Source: Phoronis australis (Eukaryota > Animalia > Phoronida). From it: a stretch of DNA of 64,000 bases. The notes below the pieces were generated by a model. That model made no database searches. It had not been told where the DNA came from and saw only the letters and a list, made by a program, of their open reading frames with translations. Location of the stretch: NCBI GenBank assembly GCA_002633005.1, contig NMRA01000318.1:145620-209619 (forward strand), in the 5' to 3' direction. Shown in pieces: positions 36,601 to 49,053 of the stretch. Position numbers and translations under genes: made by a program. Each line of letters begins with the position of its first letter. Position 1 is the first letter of the stretch.

Positions 36601-37395
36601 CCAAGGTGCTTCGGCCCTTTGCTTTTTTATCACGTACACTCAGGGGATTAGCACTGGGCTTTTTTCACGCCGGCTTTGTTCAACAATACACCACCAGCGT
36701 CAACTATACTGTGCCTAGCAACGAAACAATTGATTAGGCAGATTAGACGGTTCTCTAATCCGACTCCTGATTGGTCATCAAAATGATGTCAACTAATAAC
36801 TCACTTGCGAGTTTCTCGTTAGTCAACGTGACGTCACCGGAAAAGGGGCAAAACCCGCCATATTGCTCTTGTTTGGCCCCGAGTCTTTGCTACACACGCT
36901 AAATTTTACTGGAGTTCTTATGGTGAATTTTACGCTTAAAACGTTAACATAACTTAAAAGATGGTAGATGGATCGTGGAATAAATGTGAATTGACGAAGA
37001 AAATGTGAACTTGTTATGTTGTGCGAAGCTGTGAACGGACTGAAATTGGAACTCAACCCGGTCTAGGCCTGAATGCTGCATGCAGGCATACAAGGCCGAT
37101 AGTTTATCCCCATAAAAAGTTACTCACTTCAAAATACAGCAAATAAAATCAAATGAAACATACATATGCGCACATGGAGTTATAATTAATTAACACATAC
37201 CCTGACTCTGGATACAATTTAGTCTACAAATAACTTGAACCTATCCATGAAAACCTCGCGGTTCGCTCAAGTTTCTCTCACAGGGCGCCATTTTGAGGAA
37301 GTTACGTGAAATCACAAACAATAAGTCCAAGGAACACAAATCTTACAAATTCACTTAATATGTTCTCATGTTATTTTGCAAGTGTCACGCGCCAG

Positions 37396-37456
37396 GTCTC
37401 GCGCTTCACTCAGTCTCGCGCTTCACTCAGTCTCGCGCTTCACTCAGTCTCGCGCT
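37396..37456. repeat. Perfect 17-bp tandem repeat x3.6 (gtctcgcgcttcactca)
   Basis: Direct reading. Confidence 0.95.
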
Positions 37457-38873
37457 AGCCTTTGCCTCATACTCGCCTGACCAGTTGAACTACTTTGTGG
37501 TTATCGCGCGCGCGGTTTAAGTTAACAGTAACCACAATGTGGAGTTTGAATTCTTCGCCAAAGTCACCTGAATTCCCGTAGCTATGCTTCATCGAAGATA
37601 CGTTTAGAAGCAGAAAGGACCACTGGAGAAAGTACGCACCTTTTTAGGTGACACCTATCAGGTCAGTCAATCCACGTGACTTTCCAAGAAAATCTATACA
37701 GTAAGAACTTGACCGTGTTTTCCGCTTACGGGAAGACGACTGCGCGATGGAGGCCGGAAATATAACTGCTAGTGAGGTCACTGTCTCGGTGTGTTTGCTT
37801 TGACTATACTGAATAGGCGATTTATAGGAAAACCCCAAAACACACTATATTTTGCAGTTTTATCGCTCTATAATGAATTCTAATAACTGATGTCGATTAT
37901 AACCCCAAAAGACTTTTTAACCGTAAAACTGAATGACTTTTGTCTTTTTCAATGGAACAAATGCATCCGTGTACGATTAGTTTCTTTCCCTAAGGATTCT
38001 TGCTTTAGAAACCGCACACATTCCTGAACTACAAGTCCCGTGTACCGGGAAGGACGTTTTATCGCCTGGGTTTACAATCATTACATTTTACTTGTTCTAT
38101 TATACATGTACTTTCGTCCTGTACCTCAAAGATATACTGTGTTTCTTTGTATAAATGTTTCGCATGCACAGTCATGACGACATGTCAAAGATCGAAACTT
38201 TGTAGACGATTAGCGTAGTCTTTTCAAAGCAAAATTGCACCATTAAATTATGAACCAGCGAATCTGGTCGAAATTCTTAGAAACTATCTTCAAAAATGTA
38301 TTGTTTTCCGTGGTGATATAATGCATAATTAATCACCAAGTCAACTGTCGATATTTTCAGTCACAAAGTCTAAAACGATTTCTGCTAAATTTACTTTCCC
38401 GTGTTTCATTTTGTTCAAAACTGTGTCTTGAAAATGAAAAACTTTTCTCACCTTTTATGCTCTGTTGTATGTACAACGTATGAAAAACCGTGCATTGGAT
38501 CACAGTATTATGAGACTTCGAGCTATCGAAACCGAGACTGCAACCAGGTATGAGTCTACTGTGCGACACGACGGTGAAAATGGGATTTTCATTAATATTT
38601 ACCTTGATCGAGATAAGGTCTTTATAAGATCGATCTTACATCTTAATTCAATAAGAGTTACAAGCGGAAGTCGTAACCGAGTGGTTCTCTTCCATGGATC
38701 CTATTTCGCGCTCGTATTAGAGGATCGCACAAAAATCGATGACAGATTACCAGCCTAAACTCTTAATGGGTCGCGCCTCAATGTTTCTGATGCACTCGCA
38801 AAACTCACGCGCTACGATGAGTCTGCCGATGTAATTAGTGACGCTATCTTTGTCATGATTTACAAATATGCAG

Positions 38874-38971
38874 CCAATCGACGGAATGTCTATAAAATCT
38901 GATCAACTAGAGGTGTTGAGACAGTTCCGAGCGCTACGGCGCTATTGAAACGTAACCACCACAAGGTAAGT
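38874..38971 (+). promoter_or_regulatory. Candidate Pol II core promoter plus short non-coding first exon
   Basis: CCAAT 38874, TATAAAA 38891-38897, Inr-like CAGTT ~38922, consensus donor AAG/GTAAGT at 38966. Confidence 0.45.
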
Positions 38972-39053
38972 GAACGCACCGCGTGTCCATGCATAACTGT
39001 ATAAGAAAATGCGCTCAGCAGGATGGATCGGTAAAATCACGTTTTCAGATAAT

Positions 39054-39280
39054 TATGCATGCACCCAGTCTAAAAAACGGGGGCTCGAATTTTTGACAAT
39101 GTGGACCTTTTACTAAAAAACAGGGTACGTTCACAGCTAGGAATTGTGCATTCTCCGACTTTAGGTAGCTCCTGCCTTATTAGTGGACTTTTGTCACGTT
39201 TTTTACTTTTTTAGACTTTTTGGTTCTTTGAGGCTGACCTTTTTGCCCACTTCGCCAAATAGGGGGGCTCGTTCGAGCCA
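39054..39280 (-). mobile_element. MITE family C copy
   Basis: Matches the reverse complement of 46032-46287. Confidence 0.75.
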
Positions 39281-40125
39281 TGATAATAGGTTGGAAAATA
39301 CACTGTAAACGCAAATGGATTATTTTACATTTGTCAAACAATTCGCGCATTTTTATAGCTTGTAAATATGATTCTTGGACCAATTTTCGTCACGTATAAT
39401 TCACGACTTGCGTTAAATTTCATCTGCTGCAATAAAACTCTTAGCATTTGTTGCAAGGATCAAGACACTTTGTAAATATCAAATCATCGACTTATTCGGC
39501 AACTAATTCGGACACAAAAAGTTTTCGTCGTTTAGTTAACTATATTTTAAGTTTATAACTAACTTTGAAGAAGGTTGCGCAAAACAAAAAAGGAAAAATA
39601 ACAATGGCAGCATCTTCTTCGTGTGTTTTCTTCAGTGACAAATGATATGCAATTGATACCGACGCAGTTGTTTACTTATGAATGTACCTTTCATTAGTTG
39701 CTAAACTGTACTTAAAACATAACTACGGGACTCCCAAAATGGTAATCCGTGGAATGTTATTCTACACACTTTTTGCTTTCAGGCAATGAATAGACCTGTC
39801 CTAGACTGAGTTAAATTCTATAGTGTCGTTGATTGATGGCTAAATATATTCGCTACTTAAGGTTATGAAGTTTTATTCACAAGTAAAGTTCCACATGAAA
39901 GGGGTATTATCGTTTTTACTGCCGAAAAAGTTTTTGAGATGTTGGGTGGAATAACCTTTTCGATTTTTTTAATTTTCACCATAGTTATACGAGAATAAAA
40001 TCTGTTGTGTTTTTGATATTTTATTGCAGTTCGCCGTCAATTCTCACTTTTGTCCGTCAGCCATTTATTGAAATCAAGGCCTGTGGCTTTACCACCAATT
40101 TGCTTACAAAACGCTGTAACTTGTC

Positions 40126-40200
40126 GAGAGGGAGTTAGCTCCCGGGCAGACAACCAGTGATCTGCGACCGCAAAGGTTCCCGGTTCGAATCCCACCGATG
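40126..40200 (+). mobile_element. tRNA-derived SINE-like head
   Basis: B box GGTTCGAATCCC with degenerate A box; no proper cloverleaf. Confidence 0.5.
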
Positions 40201-40838
40201 ACGTCATGTTAAAGTTGCCTAAAACGCACTTGTTTTCAACATAAAAACACGCTTAGGATGTAGACAACTTGTAACATACTGTCGGGACGTATCGCATTGA
40301 ATTCATTTATTATACCCGTCACACTGGTGACTTCATTATTTGCAGTCATCACATTGACCGCTTGATTGTCTCTAATCTGTTCTAGTGTAATTAACAGTGC
40401 ATAAATTATTACAACATTCACGAAACCACTTCAGTTGAAAGCAAAACGAAATTGTTCAATAAATCATTATGCAAAAATCAACGCGTGGGTTTGTTTACCT
40501 TCACGTGTGAGTATTCTTAAAATGAGACTGTGTGCGCTTTCGTCGGCCCAAACTGAATCTGCAATTTCAAATTAAGACTGGAGAGATTTGAAATAATGAT
40601 TATATGCTCTCCGCCTCGGCAACACTAGTACAATCGTAAAAAGTATCGAACGTAATTGGGGTGACTAAATTTTTAGTGAATTAGGTTACGATCTGTGAGA
40701 ATAATTTCTTTCATATAGTTCATTATTCAGAGCAGCTTCCATAAGATTTGCGCGCTTTTGACTTATTAGCGAGCCCAACAGGAACTTCATTATGCATAAG
40801 GTGGCGTTGGGAAAATGGAACCCTACTCATTTTCCTGA

Positions 40839-41789
40839 GTGCCGTTAGGTGGTAGCCAGCACGCAGGTATCACTAAATTTTCCTCGGGAAATTTTTTTAC
40901 ACCGGCGTTTCTGATTGGCTGGTCTAATTCTCAACAGGCAGCGCTTTCGCAAACAAACTGGCATGGCTTATGGAGGAAGTGCAAATGTGGTCTGTTGTAC
41001 AGACAAATCGGTGCTTAAAATTCATGTTCAAGAAATGTGAATCCAAGACTATTGTGATTGCACCTTTTTGGAGTGCATCTTTCTACTGTTGCTAACTTTT
41101 GTTTATGTTGCTGCCCTGTATTCATACAGTATGAATAGCACACTAGTTAATCGGCCCGCAAATGACGGTGTGTTTAGTTGTATACGTATGTGCTTCAATC
41201 ACGCCGCTACTAAACATTAGATCTACTGCAGAAACGCTGCTACGCCACTAGCCAGCACGCAGGTATCACGACGCAGTAGCTCGCGCTTTAGCATTGGTTG
41301 ATGTAACCTCGGCAGCCATTGGTTAGCTTTACAACAACGTGAAAAATGGCGGAATATGAACAATTTTTAGCCTTGTCATGCAAGTGGTGTAACAGCAACT
41401 ACTTCGTTGCAGCAATGCTTAATAGTCGCGTGCTTGAAGCACATACATGTACAATAAATACGTATCTGACCGATTTAACCGGTGTGTTATTCATGCTGTG
41501 TGAATACAGGACAGGGATCGTAAACGAAAGTCATCGACAGTAGAAAGATGCACTCCGAAAAGGCTCAACCACAATTTCTGGGATTCACATTTCCTGAACA
41601 TAAATTTTAAGCACCGATTTGTCTGTACAGCAAACCACATATACACTCCCTCCATCAGTCATGCCAGTTTGTTTGCATAAACGCTGCCTGTTGAGAATTC
41701 GACCAGCCAATCAGAAACACCGGTGTAAAAAAAATTCCCGAGGTCGAAAATTAAGTGATACCTGCTTGTTGGCTACCACCTAGCGGCAC
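40839..41789. mobile_element. Large foldback element, ~390-bp inverted arms
   Basis: gtgccgttaggtggtagcca..acagacaaatcggtgcttaaaatt..gagtgcatctttctactg is mirrored by cagtagaaagatgcactc..aagcaccgatttgtctgt..tggctaccacctagcggcac. Confidence 0.9.
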
Positions 41790-43726
41790 GCAGTGAACCA
41801 ACGAGCATTTCAGCTACTAGTTTCAAACCAGACTCTGTTAGAATTCCAGTGGTAATTGCATTTGGTCTGGAGACTACATTGTGACCAATTCTTCCGGTCA
41901 CCAGGTGGCGAAAGTAGCTAGTATGCGAGTCGTCTCACCAAGAACTTTCTAACAACCTGGAAACTGACAACATTTCGTGAATCCGTAAAATAGTTCTGCA
42001 CAGAACAGTTTCAATGGAGATTGAAAGCCGTAAATTTTTTAATTGCGAATGCGCCATTAACAGGTGCTTCAAAAGTGTCGCTTGTCGCTTCGGTGGACGC
42101 ACGTACTGTACGAAGAACATTATAAGGACGTTCTCATGTGGACAGTTAAACAGAATTTCGGTTTTGAAAAAATGGTATCCTAAAAGCATTTGAGCAACTT
42201 AGCAAAAATTACGTTAGTTTTTCGTGTTTGTCAGTTTTTTAATTAAGTTGCATTTGCGTAAATCACTATTACAATTCGTCATTCTTACTAAAGTGTGCTG
42301 TTCTTTGTACATGTTGAATTTCGTTCATTTGCTCTGCCAGAAAATCTGGTAGCAACAGGCGAGTGACGAATCACTTCGGCAATTATCTGGGAAACTACCG
42401 CGTGGAAAAAAGTCCTCGAAATTCTCTGTTATTGGATAAATTTACTAGAGAGCTAAGTCGTGTAGCAGCAGAAACGAGTTGATTTTTTCAAAAGCTAAAA
42501 TAGCTTCTTCGAATTGGTTTTCTTGCCCGACATTTCAAAACATTGTCATGTTTTCGACTCAAAATAGCAGCGTGTGGAGATGACTCTGATCGGCAAGAAA
42601 ATACAAGCAAGTGCTGGAGTTTACAAAAACCTCAAATTGAAATACGTGTTCCACCAAAACAGTTACATTAGTAGTAATATGCGATGTGCACGTGCTAAGA
42701 CAAACTGACTTAAGATAGCAATGAAAGCGATGTGATCAATTTTCTCTTAGAAACAACGCGTGCGTTCTATTCCAAGTGGATTTATGGCAACCCGCCTACA
42801 AGCACATCAGTTGGTGGCCGCTTACTATGATTATACTTGACACGCCTGGATAGAAATAATAGGAATTTCCGGTAACTTCTGAATGATTAATTGCCATTAC
42901 AAAAAACAATATGTCTCTTACGAGAATACGACGACTGCCAAAGAACGAAAGAGAATCATTGGTCAGACTACACTTATCCAGGAATAGACCTAAGCACCAG
43001 CTTAACACCGCCGGCTTTTGTACAAAAAATACTTTTCGCGCGGATGGGTCCCACAACCAGTTTCTCCACTGAATCAAACTGGTTGTCAAAAGGCGGAACC
43101 TTTGTAAGTGACTGTGCCAGGAAATATATACTTGTGCTCACATCTAGATATGCAAGCTATCTGCAACTTTAATATTTACATCAGTGTAGGGAGAGGAAAT
43201 CAACATTCGGAGGTAGAGGTGAGTCGACAAAATTGTATGTTTTGCATGCTTTTTGAAATATCTATTACTGTAGACAGTACCAATCGTTCTTCTTAATAAG
43301 AAGATCATGTCTAAAACCCGTGTCTTATTATTGCTGCAGAGATCTAATACTCATATCAGTGGGCTTATCTGTTCGATAAATTCCGAAATAACTTCGTCCT
43401 CGTAGGAACAAATGAGATGCCTACGAAAACCAACCACGTCTGGTGGACAGCGTCGCATTTATGTAGTAGAGTCACGGACGTTTTAGCTGAAAAATGACCT
43501 ATCACATCATGCCAATGTATTAACTTTGCCATTGAGCGTTGTTTAGGTAATGTGACAATTACTTTGGCACACCAATTTTGCACGGCTAGTGCCGAATGTT
43601 TTGATTAAATTTTGTAATCCTTACAAGAACTCAAACTCGTGAAGGAAGAACAGTTAGCCCTTCGGTCGTCTATTACCTTTATAGTCCTGTGCACTACCTA
43701 GAAAACGAGGCCATTTGGTCAGATAT

Positions 43727-43885
43727 TAGTGGCGGATTTATAGGGGAGCCAAGGGGGCCATGGTCCCCCGTAAAATTCTCCCAGATTCCATTAGTCAGTT
43801 CGGGGGTGCGAGTGTCTGACGGACAAAATCCTGGCTAATAGTCTGACCAGGCCCCCCCTAACTCAAAATCCTGCATCCGCCCGTG
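43727..43885 (+). mobile_element. MITE family B, full copy with 5-bp target duplication GATAT
   Basis: gatat-TAGTGGCGGATT ... ATCCGCCCGTG-gatat. Confidence 0.8.
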
Positions 43886-44079
43886 GATATATACCGTACT
43901 AACCCAGTAAACATGACAGTATTGGCCCAGTACTGGATTTCTGTTGCTTGATAACGCTTGTACCGTATACCGGTTTACGTTTCTGGGCCACGAATGGCGC
44001 AGTACCGTCCCCACGACACAAACCCAGTGAACTTTCCCTTAGCGGCTCGCCGGTATTGGACCGGTAAACACAGACTTGN

Positions 44080-44765
44080 CCAGCGCAAGTATGTGTGTAA
44101 ACGGGACTGAACTGGAGCAAATTGACACCGCGGTGACAACTTTTGCCACCCGTTTGTGAGGTAGAACAATTTGCGCTAGAACATCTTGCTCCGTGTCAAT
44201 TGCAGTTTATGTGTCTAAACGCGAAACTGGGGCAAGGCGGAAAGGATCATCTCTACTGCGCTTGTGTAATGACCTAAATACACTCGCTGTATCTTCAACT
44301 CCCGTCATTTGTAAACCTGCGCATGTGTGATCCACTCTCCAGCCTACAATTTCCGTCTTGCCACTGTTAGTGAGTTGTGTGCGTAAACGGACGTTTGACA
44401 CCGATCAATTTGCTCCGTGTCAATTGCGCCGGTTCAAAAGTTCCCGTTTAGACATCAACTTTTGGCCCGGCTTAAATTGATCGGGAGTTACAGAGACAGA
44501 GAACTCGGCGTATGTAGGTCATTGCACAAGCGCAGTAGAGATGATCCGTTCCGCCTTTACTTGCCCCAGTTTCGCATTTAGGTATATAATTGACACGGAG
44601 CAAGATGATCTAGCGCAAATTGCCCTACCTAACAAACCAGTGGCAAAAGTTGTCACCGCGGTGTCAATTTGCTCCAGGTCAGTTCTGTTTACTCACATAT
44701 ACTCGCGCTAGAACATCTCGTTCCATGTCAGCTGATCGGTGTCAGCTTTTGTAGTGTAAACGGCA
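44080..44765. mobile_element. Foldback MITE with ~225-bp inverted arms (PIF/Harbinger-like gtgtaaacgg motifs)
   Basis: ctggagcaaattgacaccgcggtgacaacttttgccac and its exact reverse complement at ~44641-44677; left end abuts n at 44079. Confidence 0.85.
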
Positions 44766-46031
44766 CAAGAAGAAAACGCACGCTATCACTACAAGGCCTA
44801 ATTCAGTCTAATTAGCATATTTCACTACTTGGCGTTTAAACAGTAAGTGGACAAGAAGTAAGGGCTTTTGCGAGTTTCTTCTTTTAGTCCGTATGCCATT
44901 TTGAGTTCTTGCAATGAAAAAAGGCACAAGTCGGAGTTCCTCGAACAAGAACAATGTTCCCTTTGACATCGTGAGCCGACTGATGAGCGTATAGTCGTCA
45001 ACGGAATGCTAAGGGTGTACTGGCTGTTTTTAAACATGGCTTGACTAAATGATCAGGACCTATCTGAGTATGACTTCAGGAACACACGAACAGACTTAAT
45101 ATGGACACATTTTGAAACTGGACAGACTGAGCAGAATGTTGGAAAATAGAGAAGGTTACCCATAATCCGGCTTGATGGATGCCGTATCAAGGCAAGTTTT
45201 TAGTTGGTTTTGCGATTTAACTCCCAGTCAGCGTTTTTGATGTCTTTTTCCGCGTTGTTGTTCATTCTGAAATGTTCGAAGACTTTGGGCAAACTACTAC
45301 TGATGCGATATGATCTAACGTGATTGATTATTCACGAATTAAAGAACAGAAATTAATGTACTGGAGAGCATTAAAACAACTGTGCTGAGCCGTGGCTCTG
45401 GAGCCTGATCGATATCCTTCAACTGAAGCTCAAAGAACCAATTCAAACTGAATTAGATGTATTCCACAATGTTTCGATTTATCAAGAAATCACTGACGCA
45501 CCTGATTACGAAACCAAACAAAGTGCGAGGAAAAAACCAAGTTGTTGACTTTCATAGAAGTGTCCTCAGTCTCCCAGAGTTTCGTATCAGCTGTTGATTG
45601 ACTTGACGCTTGCATAATGTAGTCTGGCTAGAGAATTGTAACTTGTAGCTAGCTTGCGTGCATATCTAAAACTGCGCCGACTCCGCTTAGGTCTACTAGT
45701 GCGGTGATTGTATGACAGCCCGGGATTCTTTTTTCTACCGTCCCAACTCAAGTTTTTATCACGGTCGATGTCGCCTCTATTTTTATCGACGGAGTTACTT
45801 TCTCTGTCGATATGGTTAACTCTGTCGATAGTGTTCGTAATGCTATCACTGTCGATAACCATCCCATCGTTAGAGATACTTAATCGCTATTGAAATACTT
45901 ATTAACCCAACGATAAAGTTAGTCATCCTCTATCTGTAGAGAAAACACTTAAGTCGGTTAACTTAGCAAGTCTGTCGGAAGAAATACTAAATCTGTCTAT
46001 GGAGATTGTAAGTATAGATATAGTTGCTATT

Positions 46032-46287
46032 CATGCGCGCATCCACGGAGGGCTCGGGGGTCTCAAACGACAAAAAGTCCGGAAAAGTAGAAAACGAGAC
46101 AAAAGTCCACTAAAAAGGCAGGAATTCGGCGAATGCACAATTCATAGCTCTGAGCGTACCCGTTTTTTCTGTTTTTTTTTTCTTATTCTTTCTTTTCTTT
46201 TCTTTGTTTTTCTTTTTTTTTTCTTAGTAAAAGGTCCATATCCTCAAAAATTCGAGCCCCCCTATTTTTAGGCTGGGTGCGCGCATG
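46032..46287 (+). mobile_element. MITE family C, full copy with 5-bp target duplication CTATT
   Basis: ctatt-CATGCGCGCATCCA ... TGGGTGCGCGCATG-ctatt. Confidence 0.85.
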
Positions 46288-46319
46288 CTATTTCTATCGA
46301 CAGAGTTACTATGTCTACC

Positions 46320-46558
46320 GAGGAGGTAGTGTGGCCTGGTTGATAAGTGCCCGCTTTCTTTACTCGAGGACGTGGGTTCAAGTCCCACCAGGACACACTG
46401 CTAAACCCTTGAGCCTGGTTTCTAGCTCCTCAGCTCGGTTTCAACCATATATCAATAAAGCATAAAAACATTTCCTTTTTTTCAGTGCAATGGGCCCACA
46501 GGCGAGGCCTGCGCACGTCTGGTACAACGTGTATCAGACCGCCTGCAATTATTTTTTT
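46320..46558 (+). mobile_element. Full-length tRNA-derived SINE with 14-bp target duplication
   Basis: A box TGGCCTGGTTG, B box GGTTCAAGTCCC, T-rich tail; ttactatgtctacc at 46306-46319 and 46559-46572. Confidence 0.92.
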
Positions 46559-49053
46559 TTACTATGTCTACCAATAGGAATAATGATTCTACTGACTGAG
46601 TTATGAGTTGAGAAAAATCCTGTAGTTTCCTTTTCCAACCACCTTAGTCTCGAGACTTGTTCCAGGTTTCAGTTTTTATGGATAGGAGTACACAGTTTTG
46701 ACATTGGATTGTTCAATGATGATAAGTTAATACAGCTATAAACCTGCATTCCGTCCAGAAATTCAACTTTTGTTTTACTCACTTACTGCTAAATAGTTAG
46801 TCTCAACTAGTTCTTACTAAAATGAAAAGTTATTTCCGGGTTTACATAGAATATTGACAGTTCATTATTACTCGAGAACATGCTGGTCGCATAAAATGAC
46901 ATACAGTTGACAAGCCAATTTGTAGTCTAATCTCAAGCAGTAACGAACAGCCAGTTCTTTCGAAGCTCTGGATTCACATACAAGTTGACTAAGCAGCAAT
47001 GAAACTAGTTTCATAACGGGAAGCAATATAAATCAGAAATAGATTTTCTTGAAAGAAGGCGGTATTATTGCCGATTTAAGCCTCGGTCACATGAGTAACA
47101 TCACGAGAGGTTGCGAGCACTGTGTGAACAGATTTTCATCGTCTCGAACGGTTTTTTTGAAAATACGAGTCCATCATTCATAGACGGCACTCACCACTGA
47201 GTTCGTAAGCAGGTTGTCGGTCTTGTCCAAGCCAGTCTTTACTAACGAGTCACACCAGGGGTCAGAATTGTCCGCAACGTCGCGTAAGTTGAGAGTCCCG
47301 CCATTTTTTTTTTCTCAATCTGTTCGTTTTGACTCTGATGATTTGGTGATCGGTTGCCTTGCATTGTTAATGTTTCGTCTCCTCTGATAAAGTTTTGAGT
47401 TAAAACGATGCGTTTGGACGTGCGAGTACATTGTAGATAAGACATCGATTACTGCAACAGCATTTACTTTCTATCTTACTTTCATTACGGCCTAGCTGAA
47501 ACGGGATTGTCGAAAGTTACATAACGTACATAACGGACTGTTCACAGTTCGGTAGTTCTCTGTTTCATAAAGAGGGCTTTAGCTCGATATGTTAAAGGTG
47601 TATTTCATTACCTTTTACGATCTAAACGTTGAAATTACGAAATTGAATGCATAAATCTGACAAATTTGCGACGATATGTTACTAATTTTTCGATGTAAAA
47701 ACTAACCGTAACAAGGTAGCAACATCAAATCTCCCGCGGCAACCCCTCGCTTAATTTTAAGTGGTTGTTGCCTTTTGGAGGATTTGTGACATTATCTTTC
47801 GAAATATCAATGTGTGGCCTACGTTTGTGACATTCACTGCGGTAATCATGTAATCTGTCTCCTCAGCGCCGGCGTTCCAGACTGTGGAGTGTAATGACGG
47901 TGTACCTGCACTATGGTCATGTACACCGCTTTATTTCTTGTTTCTACATACCTTTTTACCATGTTTCATTATCTGTTTGAAAATCAACAGGATCTAAAAT
48001 TGAAGATGCATGTTTTTGTAGATTCAATATTTCTGTTATGCAATTAAGCTCATCAACATGAAAATTAATGTACATATTGTGAAAATTTAGTACTCTTTAC
48101 TAGCACATATGTGAGGAGAGTATATGTTAAACGCGGATCGATGTTAGATGAGCAACCAGAAACTGTTGGAGTATTTAACATTTATGAAATTAAGTTGTTC
48201 GTGGACGTCGCGGATCGCTACCTAGTCGTTGAAACTACGCCCGAGGGATTTGGTTATTAACGAAGGCGTTCACTGTTAGATTTCTATGACAAAATTTGAC
48301 CAGACACGAAATTATTTTCGGCAGTTTAAATGAAAACGATAACAATTAGTGTGTTTTAAATTGGAACATCTAAATGTAAATAGTTACTAATTGTGATTAC
48401 AGACTTTGTTTGGGGTTTCTTGTTTTCGAATAGGCTAGTATAGAAGAATGAAGGTCTAGCAAGCATTGTGTTTACATACCGTTATACGGTAGCCATCGGT
48501 TACTGAAAATAAAAATCACACGTGCGTGTCTGAGTAAGGGCTTTTCGAATATTTTGAAATTAAATAATAACTTTCCTCTCTGCTTATTTTGAACTCGGTA
48601 ATAGACTATCACTGAAATTCCATACATTGAAAAAGTCTATAGGGACTGCAACAGCAAAAGTTTCAAATATTTTGACTTTTGCCTCCCACCGTTATTGTTA
48701 TGCAATATTAACCTAACACGTATATGTAGGGGCAGGGGGGAAAGCTGGTCATCGCATCGAATTATCAGAAACGAATCTCCGTGTCCTTAATAATATGCAA
48801 ACTGCTTCTTTCTAATGCAGGGCTTGGATTTGACAACCGAAGGGAATTGCAAAAAGAACTAGTTGATAGCTCAGCTAAGTTCCATAGACGCAAAAAATTT
48901 CGCGAAGGAAGCTACAGTGAGATCACGTGCTTCGCTTGTAATGCGCGACGATATCTCACGAACTATATTGCGTTTTGCGTCAACGGAACGCACGTCAGGA
49001 GTGATGAAATAGCAACTGGGGATGAATTTGCTTATGAAGTGATGAAATGAAGT

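Noticed and set aside
40126-40200. Possible tRNA gene (likewise 16775, 24185, 46320, 62330)
   Set aside because: B box present but acceptor and anticodon stems do not pair; context indicates SINE-type heads.
42891-43218. ORF 42891-43172 and nearby donor-like GTAAGT/GTGAGT
   Set aside because: No ATG start for the long frame, no recognisable homology, and no consistent exon chain could be built.
45999-46271. 90-aa ORF with an apparent hydrophobic stretch
   Set aside because: The Phe-rich segment comes from a T-rich tract inside MITE family C.
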